Virus record (IMG/VR): IMGVR_UViG_3300045119_000323
From: an uncultured virus (IMG/VR IMGVR_UViG_3300045119_000323)
Lineage: Duplodnaviria; Heunggongvirae; Uroviricota; Caudoviricetes
Length of the DNA: 64,000 nucleotides
Direction: 5' to 3' (one strand)
Shown here piece by piece: positions 55,453 to 64,000 of this stretch. Under the pieces are notes generated by a model that was not told the DNA's origin, ran no database searches, and worked only from the letters and a program-made list of their open reading frames with translations. The translations under genes and the position numbers were made by a program. The number at the start of each line of letters is the position of its first letter. The stretch's first letter is position 1.

Positions 55453-56223
55453 ATGTCTGGTTTTTACAATCGTCGTTTCGCCCGTACCGGTGGCTACAAT
55501 GTGCAGGGCTACAGCGCCAATGCCGACTACCGCCGCTACAACGACGGCGGCAACTCCGGCCGGCCGGCCGTGACCTGCGACTTCACCGACCGCAAGTGGG
55601 CCGCCTTCGCCGAGGTCCAGCCGGCCCGCGCCGCGTGGGTCGTCGCCAAGGCAGGCTCGCCCAACTTCGACTTCCCCGAGAAGATGTACGCAGCCGTCGT
55701 GCGTTTCGGCGACCTGACCGAAAATCAAGGCAACGCCATCGACCGCATGATCGCCCGCGACGCCGAGAGGGCCTCGCAGCGGGCCACAGTTGCCCCGCAG
55801 GCGGCCTCGGCGGCCTTCCCCCGTATCGTGGCCGCCTTCGCGGCGGTGGCGGCTGGCGGGGGCCGCAAGCCCGTCACCATCGGCGACGTCACCCTGTCGA
55901 TGGCCGGTGCCAACAGCGCCAACCCCGGCTGCGTCTACGTCAAGGTCGGCGGCACCTACTGCGGCAAGATCACCCCGCAGGGCATCTTCCGCGCCGGCCG
56001 CGACGCCCCGGCCGATCTGGTCGGCAAGCTGGTCGTGATCGAGGCCGACGTGCAGGGCGCGGTGCGCGCCCACGCCGAGCGCATCGCCGCCCAGATCGCC
56101 GCCGCGCTGGCCGCCGGCCAGCCCATCGACGTGCCGTGCGGCTGCTGCGGCATCCTGCTGACCGACCCGGTGAGCCGGGCCCGTGGCATCGGCCCGATCT
56201 GCGCCGGACGGTGGGGGTTCTGA
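55453..56223 (+). CDS. Protein with a C-terminal DUF6011-like Zn finger, 256 aa
   Basis: CGCCG..LTDPVS.ARGIGPIC. Confidence 0.8.
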   Translation: MSGFYNRRFARTGGYNVQGYSANADYRRYNDGGNSGRPAVTCDFTDRKWAAFAEVQPARAAWVVAKAGSPNFDFPEKMYAAVVRFGDLTENQGNAIDRMIARDAERASQRATVAPQAASAAFPRIVAAFAAVAAGGGRKPVTIGDVTLSMAGANSANPGCVYVKVGGTYCGKITPQGIFRAGRDAPADLVGKLVVIEADVQGAVRAHAERIAAQIAAALAAGQPIDVPCGCCGILLTDPVSRARGIGPICAGRWGF

Positions 56224-56462
56224 TGCCCCTCACCCTGTCGTTCACCGACATCGAGGTCCGCGTCCTGCGACGCGGCCTCAAGCGGCTGACCTACGAGGTC
56301 AAGAGCAACATCCGGCGCAACGAGCGCGCCGGGTGGACGCCCGAGCCGGGCAAGCTGGACGTGGCGCGCGAAATGCTGGGGACCATCGATTCGCTGCTTG
56401 ACCGGCTGCCCTTCCCTGACTATCCTGACGATATCGAACCGCCCAAGGAGGCAGAGCAATGA
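56223..56462 (+). CDS. Hypothetical protein, 79 aa
   Basis: TGATG coupling; MPLTLSFTD. Confidence 0.6.
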   Translation: MPLTLSFTDIEVRVLRRGLKRLTYEVKSNIRRNERAGWTPEPGKLDVAREMLGTIDSLLDRLPFPDYPDDIEPPKEAEQ

Positions 56463-58195
56463 TTACTTTCGACGTCAATCAGGCCACCATCGAAGTCATC
56501 GGGGGCCTGCTCATAGAGCGCCTCGATATTTCGGCCGCCGTGCCGGAGACCATCGATGGCGGCGGTATCCGGGCCAGCCACGCCAACATTAGCTGGCTGC
56601 TCGATCATTACCCCGAAGCGCTGTGGATCGACCGCCACAGCCGCCTGATGGAGGTCCGCGCGGCACGCGAGATCGCCGCGCAGGCCCGACCAACGGCCGG
56701 CGACTACGAGCGCAACTGGCCGTTCAAGATGCAGCCGCTGCCGTTCCAGATCGACATCTTCGCCGCCGCCCGGCTGATGACCGAATTCGCGCTTGCCCCG
56801 GTCGCCACCGGCACCGGCAAGACCAAGATGACGCTCGACATCATGGCCGACAAGTTCATGCGCGACGAGATCGACTGCGTCTGCATCATCGCCCCCAACG
56901 GCGTCCAGCGGCAGTGGATCAGGCGCGCCATCCCCGATCATATGACGGCCGCCATCCGCGTCCGCGCCGACGTATGGAAGCCCAACATCAAGAGCCCGCT
57001 GCCCAAGGCGGTGACCGAACCCAATTTCGACGGCACCCGCGCGCTGCGCATCGCCGCCTTCAACGTCGAGGCGTTCTCGGCCGAATCCGGCAAGGCCTTC
57101 ATGGCCGCACGCGCTTTCATGGCGTCGGGCCGCTGCATGCTGGTGATCGACGAGTCGTCGCGCATCAAGTCGTTCAAGGCGATCCGCACCAAGACCATCA
57201 GCAAGCTCCGCCAGTACTCCAAGGTCCGCTGCAACCTCTCCGGCACGCCCATCACCAAGGGCCTCGAAGACCTGTTCACGCAGTACGCCATGCTCAACCC
57301 GAACATCCTCGGCCTGACCAACTATTACGCCTTCCGCAACCGCTACTGCATCACCGCGCCGATCCCCGGCGCACCGAGCGGCGCGGTCAAGATCACCGGC
57401 TACCGCAACGTGGCGGAATTCGTCCGCATGATCGCCCCGGTGACCTTCGTCGTGCCGAAGAGCGTGCTGGGCCTGCCCGAGAAGACCTACGAGCAGCGCG
57501 AGGTCGAGATGACCCCCGAGCAGAAGCGGCTCTACAAGGCCCTCGTAAACGACCTTGTGGCCGATCTGCGGGCCCGCCGGGTGGAGACCCCCGCCAACGC
57601 CGCCGTGCGTCTGGTGAGGCTCCAGCAGGCGCTGTGCGGCCATCAGGTCGAGGTCGAGGAAGGGGTCGATCAGTACGGTGATGACGTCAGAATCCTGAGC
57701 AGCGTACCGATCCCCAGCCGACGACTCGAAGTGCTGTACGACACGCTGGTCGAGCACGACGGCCCGGCGGTGATCTGGGCGCGCTTCACCAGCGACATCG
57801 AGGATATCGCCTCGTTCCTGCGCGAGCAGGATCACAAGGTCGCGACCTACTACGGCAATACCAGCCCGGCCGACCGCGACGAGGCGGTACGCGCCTTCAA
57901 GGCCGGCGAGATCGACTACTTCGTCGCCAATCCTGACGCCGCCGGCACCGGGCTGGACGGCCTGCAGGTGGCCCAGCTCGCGGTCTATTACTCCAACAGC
58001 TTCCGCGCCGAGTCGCGCTGGCAGTCCGAGGATCGCCTGCACCGCCTCGGCATGGCCGGAAGCTGCCACATCGTCGATCTGGTTGTGCCGGCCAGCGTCG
58101 ACACGTTAGTCTTGAAAAATCTGCAGGATAAGTCCAGCATAGCCCGCGCCGTCTTCGAGAACCCCTCGGTTCTCGAAGACATGGAGGAGGATTGA
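56459..58195 (+). CDS. SNF2-family helicase, 578 aa
   Basis: TGTGKT, IDESS, LSGTP, G.GLD, QSEDRLHR.G. Confidence 0.9.
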   Translation: MITFDVNQATIEVIGGLLIERLDISAAVPETIDGGGIRASHANISWLLDHYPEALWIDRHSRLMEVRAAREIAAQARPTAGDYERNWPFKMQPLPFQIDIFAAARLMTEFALAPVATGTGKTKMTLDIMADKFMRDEIDCVCIIAPNGVQRQWIRRAIPDHMTAAIRVRADVWKPNIKSPLPKAVTEPNFDGTRALRIAAFNVEAFSAESGKAFMAARAFMASGRCMLVIDESSRIKSFKAIRTKTISKLRQYSKVRCNLSGTPITKGLEDLFTQYAMLNPNILGLTNYYAFRNRYCITAPIPGAPSGAVKITGYRNVAEFVRMIAPVTFVVPKSVLGLPEKTYEQREVEMTPEQKRLYKALVNDLVADLRARRVETPANAAVRLVRLQQALCGHQVEVEEGVDQYGDDVRILSSVPIPSRRLEVLYDTLVEHDGPAVIWARFTSDIEDIASFLREQDHKVATYYGNTSPADRDEAVRAFKAGEIDYFVANPDAAGTGLDGLQVAQLAVYYSNSFRAESRWQSEDRLHRLGMAGSCHIVDLVVPASVDTLVLKNLQDKSSIARAVFENPSVLEDMEED

Positions 58196-58416
58196 TGGCC
58201 CACACGATCAAGCGAACAAAACGCGAGTTGTCCGTCTATCTCGAACCAATGGGCTTCGTCTACGAGGGACTGACCCGCAACATGCACCTGCGCTGGCGAC
58301 ACCAAGAGACTGGCGCGATGCTCGTGACGGTCTCCGACATGGGCAACCGTCGCAATCTCAACAACGTACTTTGCGACGCCAGAAACGTCATCAGGAGGTC
58401 TGATTGTTCAAAATAG
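58195..58416 (+). CDS. HicA-like small protein
   Basis: L...GF......H.RWRH..G...VT pattern. Confidence 0.45.
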   Translation: MAHTIKRTKRELSVYLEPMGFVYEGLTRNMHLRWRHQETGAMLVTVSDMGNRRNLNNVLCDARNVIRRSDCSK

Positions 58417-58760
58417 ACTGCTTCGTGGAAGACAAGCATCTCGCGACAGCGCTGCGAGGTCTCAGTGGTCTCGCCATCGACCTCAAGGTCCTGCCGGTCG
58501 TCAACGCCACCGTCAAAAACGGCACGATGGAAGGCCAGCACGGCACCATGATCGAGCGCTTCGTCGCTGAATGGAAGAACCGCAAGCTGGGCAAGATCGC
58601 CGCTGGCGAAGCCCGCGATCTGGCCAAGGCCGTCGGCCTGTCGCCGACCAGCTACGGACACATCCTGCACAACGCAGTGAAGGGTGGTTATGTCACCAAG
58701 GTCGGAAAGGCTGGCAGGGGCGGCACCGGATACTTCTACGCGCTGCGGGAGACCAAGTGA
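58404..58760 (+). CDS. Putative winged-helix DNA-binding protein, 118 aa
   Basis: AGGAGG RBS with TTG start; LAKAVGLSPTSY...G.V.K.G..G.Y. Confidence 0.55.
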   Translation: MFKIDCFVEDKHLATALRGLSGLAIDLKVLPVVNATVKNGTMEGQHGTMIERFVAEWKNRKLGKIAAGEARDLAKAVGLSPTSYGHILHNAVKGGYVTKVGKAGRGGTGYFYALRETK

Positions 58761-59017
58761 TGCGTCTCTACAAGAGCTACGTTTTCAGAAACAAGGACCC
58801 GGTGATAGATGAACTGCGGACGATCATTCAGGACGCGACCGGCGACAAACGACTCGAATCCAAGACGCTCAAGGCCATCGAGGAAGACGGCGGCCCGACT
58901 GTCGCCTGCATGCAGGGCTGGTTTCGCGGCAAGACCAAGAGGCCGCAGTCGGCGTCGCTGGAGGCCTGCGGCCGGGCCGTCGGCTACAAGCGCGGCTGGA
59001 TACGCATGAAGCTCTAG
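58760..59017 (+). CDS. Putative HTH transcriptional regulator, 85 aa
   Basis: Y.F..KDPVID...WF.G.TKRPQ.ASL.A...A.G. Confidence 0.6.
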   Translation: MRLYKSYVFRNKDPVIDELRTIIQDATGDKRLESKTLKAIEEDGGPTVACMQGWFRGKTKRPQSASLEACGRAVGYKRGWIRMKL

Positions 59018-59337
59018 GGCCGATAAAACGGCGGCGGCTCGCAGGGGTCTCCTGTCGGGAGACCCCTGAACCACGCCAGCGACCCCCGGTAGTTGAACAG
59101 GCACCACACCGGGCCGCCCTGCCGCAGCGCCTCCAAGATCAGGTCGTGCTGGCCGGAGCGCAGCCGGTGGATGCCCGGCTTGCCGATTTTAAGCTCGATG
59201 ATGTGGGTCTCGCCTTTATAAAATCCGAGGACGTCGGGCAGGCCGCGCAGGGTGCGCGTCTCGATTCGCCACCAGCGGCCCACAAGGTGACTCGACAGGT
59301 GGTTCTCCCACAGGAGTCGTTCGGTGCGGAAACGCAT
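59014..59337 (-). CDS. VRR-NUC/PD-(D/E)xK nuclease, 107 aa
   Basis: E..LW, RIE, GLPD, IELK, L...Q. Confidence 0.8.
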   Translation of the reverse strand: MRFRTERLLWENHLSSHLVGRWWRIETRTLRGLPDVLGFYKGETHIIELKIGKPGIHRLRSGQHDLILEALRQGGPVWCLFNYRGSLAWFRGLPTGDPCEPPPFYRP

Positions 59338-59350
59338 ATCTGGACCCCTG

Positions 59351-60118
59351 TCAGGGGCGGATGAGACGCTCCCCGAGAGGCTCAAAATTGACCGCCACGG
59401 GTACCTTGCGGTGGCGCTGGGCAAAGGCCAGCAGCAGGTCGAAAGCCACCATGCCGGCGTGAAACAGGCCGTCCGGACGCCTTACCCGTTTGATACGCCG
59501 GCCGCCCGCCGTGCCGGCGGTAAGGTTGCCGTCGCGCATCCGGCCGATGATGAAGTAGCCGACGTCGAGGCCGTTCTGGCTGGTCAGGCCGTCGATCAGC
59601 GCCTTGGGCGCGGGCCGCGCCTCGATGGTCTTGAGGTAGCCCTGCTTGGCCATGGCACGGGCGAAGGCATAAATTTCCCGGTCGGTGAGCCGCAGTTGTC
59701 CGAAACCGGTGACAGCGCGGAATACGCCGCCAAAACGACTCGCGAGCTGGGCGACCGGCTCCTCGAAGCCCTTCCAGCGCTGGATCGCCATGGTCGGCCC
59801 GATCAGGAACGACTCGCCGCGCCGGACACCCACGCCAATATGCGCCCGGCGATCCTTGAAGTGTGAATTCAACAGGAAGAACGTCAGGCCGTCAGGCGAA
59901 CTGGCGGCCACCAGATGGCGGCCGTCGTGGGCCTTGGTCTTGGGCGAGGCGTCCTCGTGACGCTTGCCCTGCACGGCGACACCGGCAGTCATGCCATAGG
60001 CCGTGCGGATATGCTTGAGGAATGCCGTGGTGTCGATCAGGCCTTCCTTGCCGGCATTGCGGCGCGATGCTGCGGCCGGGGCCACCGCCGTGACCCGGTT
60101 CAAGCTGAGTGTATTCAT
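59351..60118 (-). CDS. DUF932-like protein, 255 aa
   Basis: I.T...L, A.Q, H, LLNSH and G..R pattern; divergent. Confidence 0.5.
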   Translation of the reverse strand: MNTLSLNRVTAVAPAAASRRNAGKEGLIDTTAFLKHIRTAYGMTAGVAVQGKRHEDASPKTKAHDGRHLVAASSPDGLTFFLLNSHFKDRRAHIGVGVRRGESFLIGPTMAIQRWKGFEEPVAQLASRFGGVFRAVTGFGQLRLTDREIYAFARAMAKQGYLKTIEARPAPKALIDGLTSQNGLDVGYFIIGRMRDGNLTAGTAGGRRIKRVRRPDGLFHAGMVAFDLLLAFAQRHRKVPVAVNFEPLGERLIRP

Positions 60119-60192
60119 GTCGATAAAATAACGGGTTAGGCGCGCCGGATCAATCCTTGCTTTATTTTGGTCTCCCGGCTATCCTGTCGATT

Positions 60193-60654
60193 ATGAAAAC
60201 ACATACGCATCTCGTCCTCGTCTACGGCACCTTGATGAAGGATAACCCCAACAACCACGTCATCGTTGGCCGCAAGGGCAGCGACGCGGTTCTGCTGGGC
60301 GAGGCCTACACTCTGCAGAAATTCTTCATGTCGGGCGGCGGCTTCCCGCGCGTGTCGCGCAAGGTCCTGCGTGACTTCCCGGCCAGCGTCAAGGCCAGCG
60401 ACTACTGTTCGCAGGTCTCCGGCGAGCTGTGGCGGGTCAACGACGAGTCGTTGACCAACTGCGACCGCCTCGAAGGCCATCCGACCTTTTACCGCCGCGA
60501 GCAGGTCCCGGTCGTGATGAAGACCAGCCGGGCGCGCCATCTGGCGTGGATGTATATCATCACCGAGCCGCCCGAGGCGCTGCAGTGCCTGCCCAAGAAC
60601 AAGGCAGGCGTGCTGCGCTGGGAATCGCCATGGAAGGAGTCGCGCGATGCCTGA
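60193..60654 (+). CDS. Second gamma-glutamylcyclotransferase-like protein, 153 aa
   Basis: VYGTL, FP, V.GEL..V, DRLEGHP.FYRR, AWMY; preceded by TTGCTT-17-TATCCT, so apparently leaderless. Confidence 0.85.
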   Translation: MKTHTHLVLVYGTLMKDNPNNHVIVGRKGSDAVLLGEAYTLQKFFMSGGGFPRVSRKVLRDFPASVKASDYCSQVSGELWRVNDESLTNCDRLEGHPTFYRREQVPVVMKTSRARHLAWMYIITEPPEALQCLPKNKAGVLRWESPWKESRDA

Positions 60655-60858
60655 GCCCCTGTCGGAGACCTTTTTCCGCAACGCCATCGCCAGCGGCGCT
60701 ATCGTGCCGCCGCCCGGCGAGGGCCGGCGGTCCACGACGACTCGCGGCCTCGCGGTCGCCGGCTGGTGCCTCGCCGTGCTGGGCGCATTGGCACTGGCGG
60801 TGGCCTACGCGGTCAACTGGCTGTAGCCTCTCCCCCCGACTGCACGAGGGAGAGGCCT

Positions 60859-61170
60859 TTGAAAATCGTCAATAGCGCGCTGGTCGACATGACCGGCAAT
60901 GTCATCAAGTCGGGCGACGTCGACCTGACCGTGGCGATTGTTCTCGTCAACTGCGCCCTGTCACCGACGCCCGACGGCAAGACACGCTCGAAATCGGAGG
61001 TCGCGAGTCGTTACGATCTCGCTTTGCGGCTCAATGCCCTCAAGCTCGGCGAGAGCATCGACATCCCGGTCGAAATGGTCGCCCAGTTCACCGACGACGT
61101 CCTACGGGTCTACACCACCATCATCGCCGGCCAGATGCTGCCCATCCTCGACGGCCAGACCGTCAACTGA
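60859..61170 (+). CDS. Hypothetical protein, 103 aa
   Basis: GGAGAGG RBS with TTG start. Confidence 0.6.
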   Translation: MKIVNSALVDMTGNVIKSGDVDLTVAIVLVNCALSPTPDGKTRSKSEVASRYDLALRLNALKLGESIDIPVEMVAQFTDDVLRVYTTIIAGQMLPILDGQTVN

Positions 61171-61362
61171 AGCGACCGGCACCAGCTCATCACTGAAGTA
61201 GAGCGACGACTCGGAATGCTTGGTCAGCAGAAGTCGATCCTCGATCTCGTAGCGCACGAGGTACAGAACGACTCCGCTTCGCCCGGTGCTCTGCGATCCG
61301 ATGACCCGACCGAGCTTGTTGAGCGGCTTGATCCGGACATGCTGGCCCGAAGCGAATTCCAT
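61102..61362 (-). CDS. Small SH3/KOW-like protein
   Basis: F..GQHVRI...G.V...YLVRY; GGGAG RBS. Confidence 0.5.
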   Translation of the reverse strand: MEFASGQHVRIKPLNKLGRVIGSQSTGRSGVVLYLVRYEIEDRLLLTKHSESSLYFSDELVPVASVDGLAVEDGQHLAGDDGGVDP

Positions 61363-61378
61363 CAGTCGTGTCTCCCTC

Positions 61379-62653
61379 TCATGGCGTTACTTCTTGAATG
61401 GTCATGCTGGAACACATGACGAAGCCGAACGTGGTGCCGGAATTGAACGACGTGGTCCCGGCAGCGCCGCCGCCCGCCCGGACCCTGAAGGTCGTCGCCG
61501 CTGTCGAGCCGCTGACCATAATGTACTTGAACTTGATGTTCACCGTTGCGTTAGCGGCAGTCACGGTCGCGGCGGCAGCGGTCAGGGCACTGGCCGTTGA
61601 ATCCTTGAACAGCGCCACGCCCATATTGTTGACCGCGCTGTTGCTGCCGATCCACACAACGTCAACGATCAGCAGCGACGTGGCACTGGTCGGCGTAACC
61701 GCCAACGTCATGTACTCGTCACCCTCGGTGATCTGCGGGATGGTGGTGTCGAAGGGAATGAGCGTCGTGCCGGTCGCGCCTGTGCCGGTGCGGTTGTAGA
61801 CAGTTTGCAGCAGCTTGCCGCTGCTCCCGCCGCCGCTGATGTTGGCCCGCACCCACGCCGTCGTCGGCACCGTCGTGTCGTTGCTGCCTGCCGCAATCGC
61901 CGTGCTCAACGTCGCCGTCGTGCCGCTGAGCGGCGCAGCGATGTTCACAACAGAGCCACTAATCGTCAGCGGCTGGTACGACCCGACACCCGTATTGTCG
62001 ACACCTTCAATAGCAGTGTAAGCCGCATTTGGAACAATGCGAACGCCTTTGGTCGCACCGGCAAACAACCCGCCAATAATGCTGTCGTTGGTCGTCACCT
62101 TCAACGCGCCGTTAACACCGCCACCATTGAACGTCGCCGTCGTGCCGGTGAGCGTGCCAGCGAACGTCGCCGTATTGGCTTGCACGTCGAGCCAGCGGTT
62201 CGACGGCCCGCCGAGCCTCAGACCGAGATCGACGGACGGTATCAGGTAGCCACTGAGATGCTGCAACGTGGCAACGCCGTTGACGCGCCAGACGTAATTG
62301 AAGCCGGTCGGCACGTTGGCGTAGAGATTGCCGTCGCCCGTTCCGCCGCCAATGAAGCCGATGGACCCGGCTTCGGTGGTGACGCCGTTGAGCGAGATCA
62401 TGTTGTAGTGGAAGTTGGACGTGTCGCCGGTGAGCTTAAGAGCGGTGTCCGCCCCCGTGTTGAACGTCGCCGTCGTGCCGGTGAGCGTCCCCGGTCCAGC
62501 GAGCGTGCCGCCCGTCAGCGGCAGATAAGGTCCCACGCCCGGCGCGGCGCTCTGCGCCAGCCACGACGAGTAGGTCGCGTTGTACTGGTAGGCGACGCCG
62601 TTCGGGGCGTTGAACACCTGACCGTCGGTTGGCGAGGCGGGGAAGTCGATCAC
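61379..62653 (-). CDS. Tail fibre/receptor-binding protein, 424 aa
   Basis: GTGA-coupled start IDFPASPTDGQ; YLPLTGGTL and LTGTTATFN repeats; PTTAWV. Confidence 0.75.
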   Translation of the reverse strand: MIDFPASPTDGQVFNAPNGVAYQYNATYSSWLAQSAAPGVGPYLPLTGGTLAGPGTLTGTTATFNTGADTALKLTGDTSNFHYNMISLNGVTTEAGSIGFIGGGTGDGNLYANVPTGFNYVWRVNGVATLQHLSGYLIPSVDLGLRLGGPSNRWLDVQANTATFAGTLTGTTATFNGGGVNGALKVTTNDSIIGGLFAGATKGVRIVPNAAYTAIEGVDNTGVGSYQPLTISGSVVNIAAPLSGTTATLSTAIAAGSNDTTVPTTAWVRANISGGGSSGKLLQTVYNRTGTGATGTTLIPFDTTIPQITEGDEYMTLAVTPTSATSLLIVDVVWIGSNSAVNNMGVALFKDSTASALTAAAATVTAANATVNIKFKYIMVSGSTAATTFRVRAGGGAAGTTSFNSGTTFGFVMCSSMTIQEVTP

Positions 62654-64000
62654 GGCGCGACCTCGCGGATGACGATGCTGCTGGCCGCGACGCCACCGAA
62701 CAGGCCGTTGAAGCTCACTGACGCCGCCGCACTGGGACCGGCCCGCAGGCGAAACGTGATGGGGCTCGTCCCACCGCTCGTCATCGTGTGGGTGAAGGTC
62801 AGGGCTTGGTATGTATTGGCGGTCGGGATGAAAGCCACCGAAGCAGCAAGGGCTGCGGCCACGGCATCGCGGAACAGCGCGGCAGAGACATCGTAGCCGC
62901 TGGTGTTGCACGACAGTATGGCGTTCACGGTGATGATCAGGTTCGACGTGGCGAGCTTGGGCGTGATCGCCAGCGTCATGAACTGCGTGCCCTCGCTGAT
63001 CTGCGGAATGGTGTTGTCGTCGGGCATGATCGTGGTGCCGGTCGCCGGCGCGCCGGTCTCGACGCTCACCATCTGGATTTGCGCGCCGGGGGCGATGACG
63101 GTGCCTACAGCAGTAAATCCGCCTGATATGGCAAGGTTGCCCGCGTCCGACATCGAGAACGGCACTGCGCTGTAGCCGCTGTTGATGATCTGGAAGTTGC
63201 CGCCGTTGACGCGAATGAATTTGGACGGGGTGGTCGCTCCGTCGCCCGTCAGCTTGATGGCGACGCCGTTTGCTCCCGGATTGCTGACGGCAAATGTATT
63301 CTGTGTTGAATTATTCTCGCTGAACGTCGCATTCGTGCCGGTGAGCGGTGCCGACACCTGCACAGCCGCAGTCGGGCCAATCGTTATCATTGGCGTCGTC
63401 TGCAAATTGAGAGCCATCGTGCCAGACGCACGATCAATGGTTATGGGGGTTCCTAGAACCGCACCGCCATCGGCTTGCGAATAGAAAAAGAAATTGCTGC
63501 CAGCATTTCCACCTGTCTCGGGATCAGCCGTGGCTCTTATTCCCCAGCGTGTGGTGCCCGCAGTCTGGAGCTTAAGTGTTCTATTCGTACCTGCTGCGCC
63601 GGAAGTATTTATATCTCCGTTGAACAGCGCCGACGTGCCGGTGAGCGGGCCGGTGAGCGTTCCCCCCGCGAGCGGCAGATACGATCCGGCCATCGTCGGC
63701 GTCGCGGGCACCCACTGCGAGGAATTGCCGTCGTTGTAGTAGACCATCAGCGTGCCCAGCACGCTGTTCCACCACATCGCCCCGGCGGTCGGTGAACCCG
63801 GTGGCGTGTCGCTGATGGTGAGCGACGCACCGCCGCCGCCACCACCCATCACTGCCCACGTCGTCGCGCCGTCAGTGTTGACGTAGGGGCCGCCGCCATC
63901 GCTGCGCAGGTAGAGCGTGCCACGCGCTTGGCTGGCAGTAGGCACACCAGAACCGAAGGTGATGCCGAAGTTGCTGGTAGTGGACAGGTAGACGCCACCT
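62650..64000 (-). CDS. Tail fibre protein, C-terminal part (5' end beyond the right edge)
   Basis: Frame open to the edge; G.MWWNS..G.L.VYYNDG.S.QWV, YLPLAGGTLTG and ETGGNAGSNF motifs. Confidence 0.8.
   Translation of the reverse strand, partial: GGVYLSTTSNFGITFGSGVPTASQARGTLYLRSDGGGPYVNTDGATTWAVMGGGGGGASLTISDTPPGSPTAGAMWWNSVLGTLMVYYNDGNSSQWVPATPTMAGSYLPLAGGTLTGPLTGTSALFNGDINTSGAAGTNRTLKLQTAGTTRWGIRATADPETGGNAGSNFFFYSQADGGAVLGTPITIDRASGTMALNLQTTPMITIGPTAAVQVSAPLTGTNATFSENNSTQNTFAVSNPGANGVAIKLTGDGATTPSKFIRVNGGNFQIINSGYSAVPFSMSDAGNLAISGGFTAVGTVIAPGAQIQMVSVETGAPATGTTIMPDDNTIPQISEGTQFMTLAITPKLATSNLIITVNAILSCNTSGYDVSAALFRDAVAAALAASVAFIPTANTYQALTFTHTMTSGGTSPITFRLRAGPSAAASVSFNGLFGGVAASSIVIREVAP

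Noticed and set aside
58195..58760. Complete HicAB toxin-antitoxin pair
   Set aside because: The HicA resemblance is weak and the neighbour does not show a recognisable HicB pattern.
1..64000. CRISPR array
   Set aside because: No regularly spaced repeats with unique spacers and no cas genes; the repeated words are short and dispersed.
61379..64000. Diversity-generating retroelement acting on the tail fibres
   Set aside because: No reverse transcriptase motif seen, and the paralogous C-termini differ broadly rather than at adenines only.
1..64000. Alternative genetic code or stop-codon reassignment
   Set aside because: Core genes are intact under code 11, and TAA, TAG and TGA all serve as stops.

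Overview
The window is most of a high-GC tailed phage genome with podovirus-like architecture (no tape measure or sheath gene seen). An alphaproteobacterial host is inferred, not proven. The minus strand from about 38.6 kb to the left edge carries the packaging and virion arm: small and large terminase, an adenine methyltransferase, a 2083-aa multidomain protein, portal, GroES-like protein, scaffold-like protein, Mu gpT-like major capsid, adaptor, nozzle, tail-collar and ejection proteins. An accessory and lysis island interrupts it at 27-37 kb (Acb2/Tad1-like sponge, Lar-like protein, M15 endolysin, exported proteins). The 38.6-61 kb region holds replication and early genes: a candidate origin, VapE-like helicase, RepB-like primase, ParB-like protein, amidoligase and GGCT, family A polymerase, SNF2 helicase, VRR-NUC and DUF932-like protein. 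Two paralogous tail-fibre genes lie at the right edge, suggesting a circularly permuted genome. Three signals stand out. (1) A non-palindromic DNA word, GAGTCGTY, is strongly over-represented (87 copies of the 7-mer core found by eye), even where it forces rare codons. (2) A recurring [YFWMK]-A-x-G-G peptide motif separates the enzymatic modules of the giant protein and recurs in other virion proteins. (3) Two accessory genes are built from shuffled fragments of the phage's own major capsid protein. All family calls come from motif recognition by eye; no searches were run.
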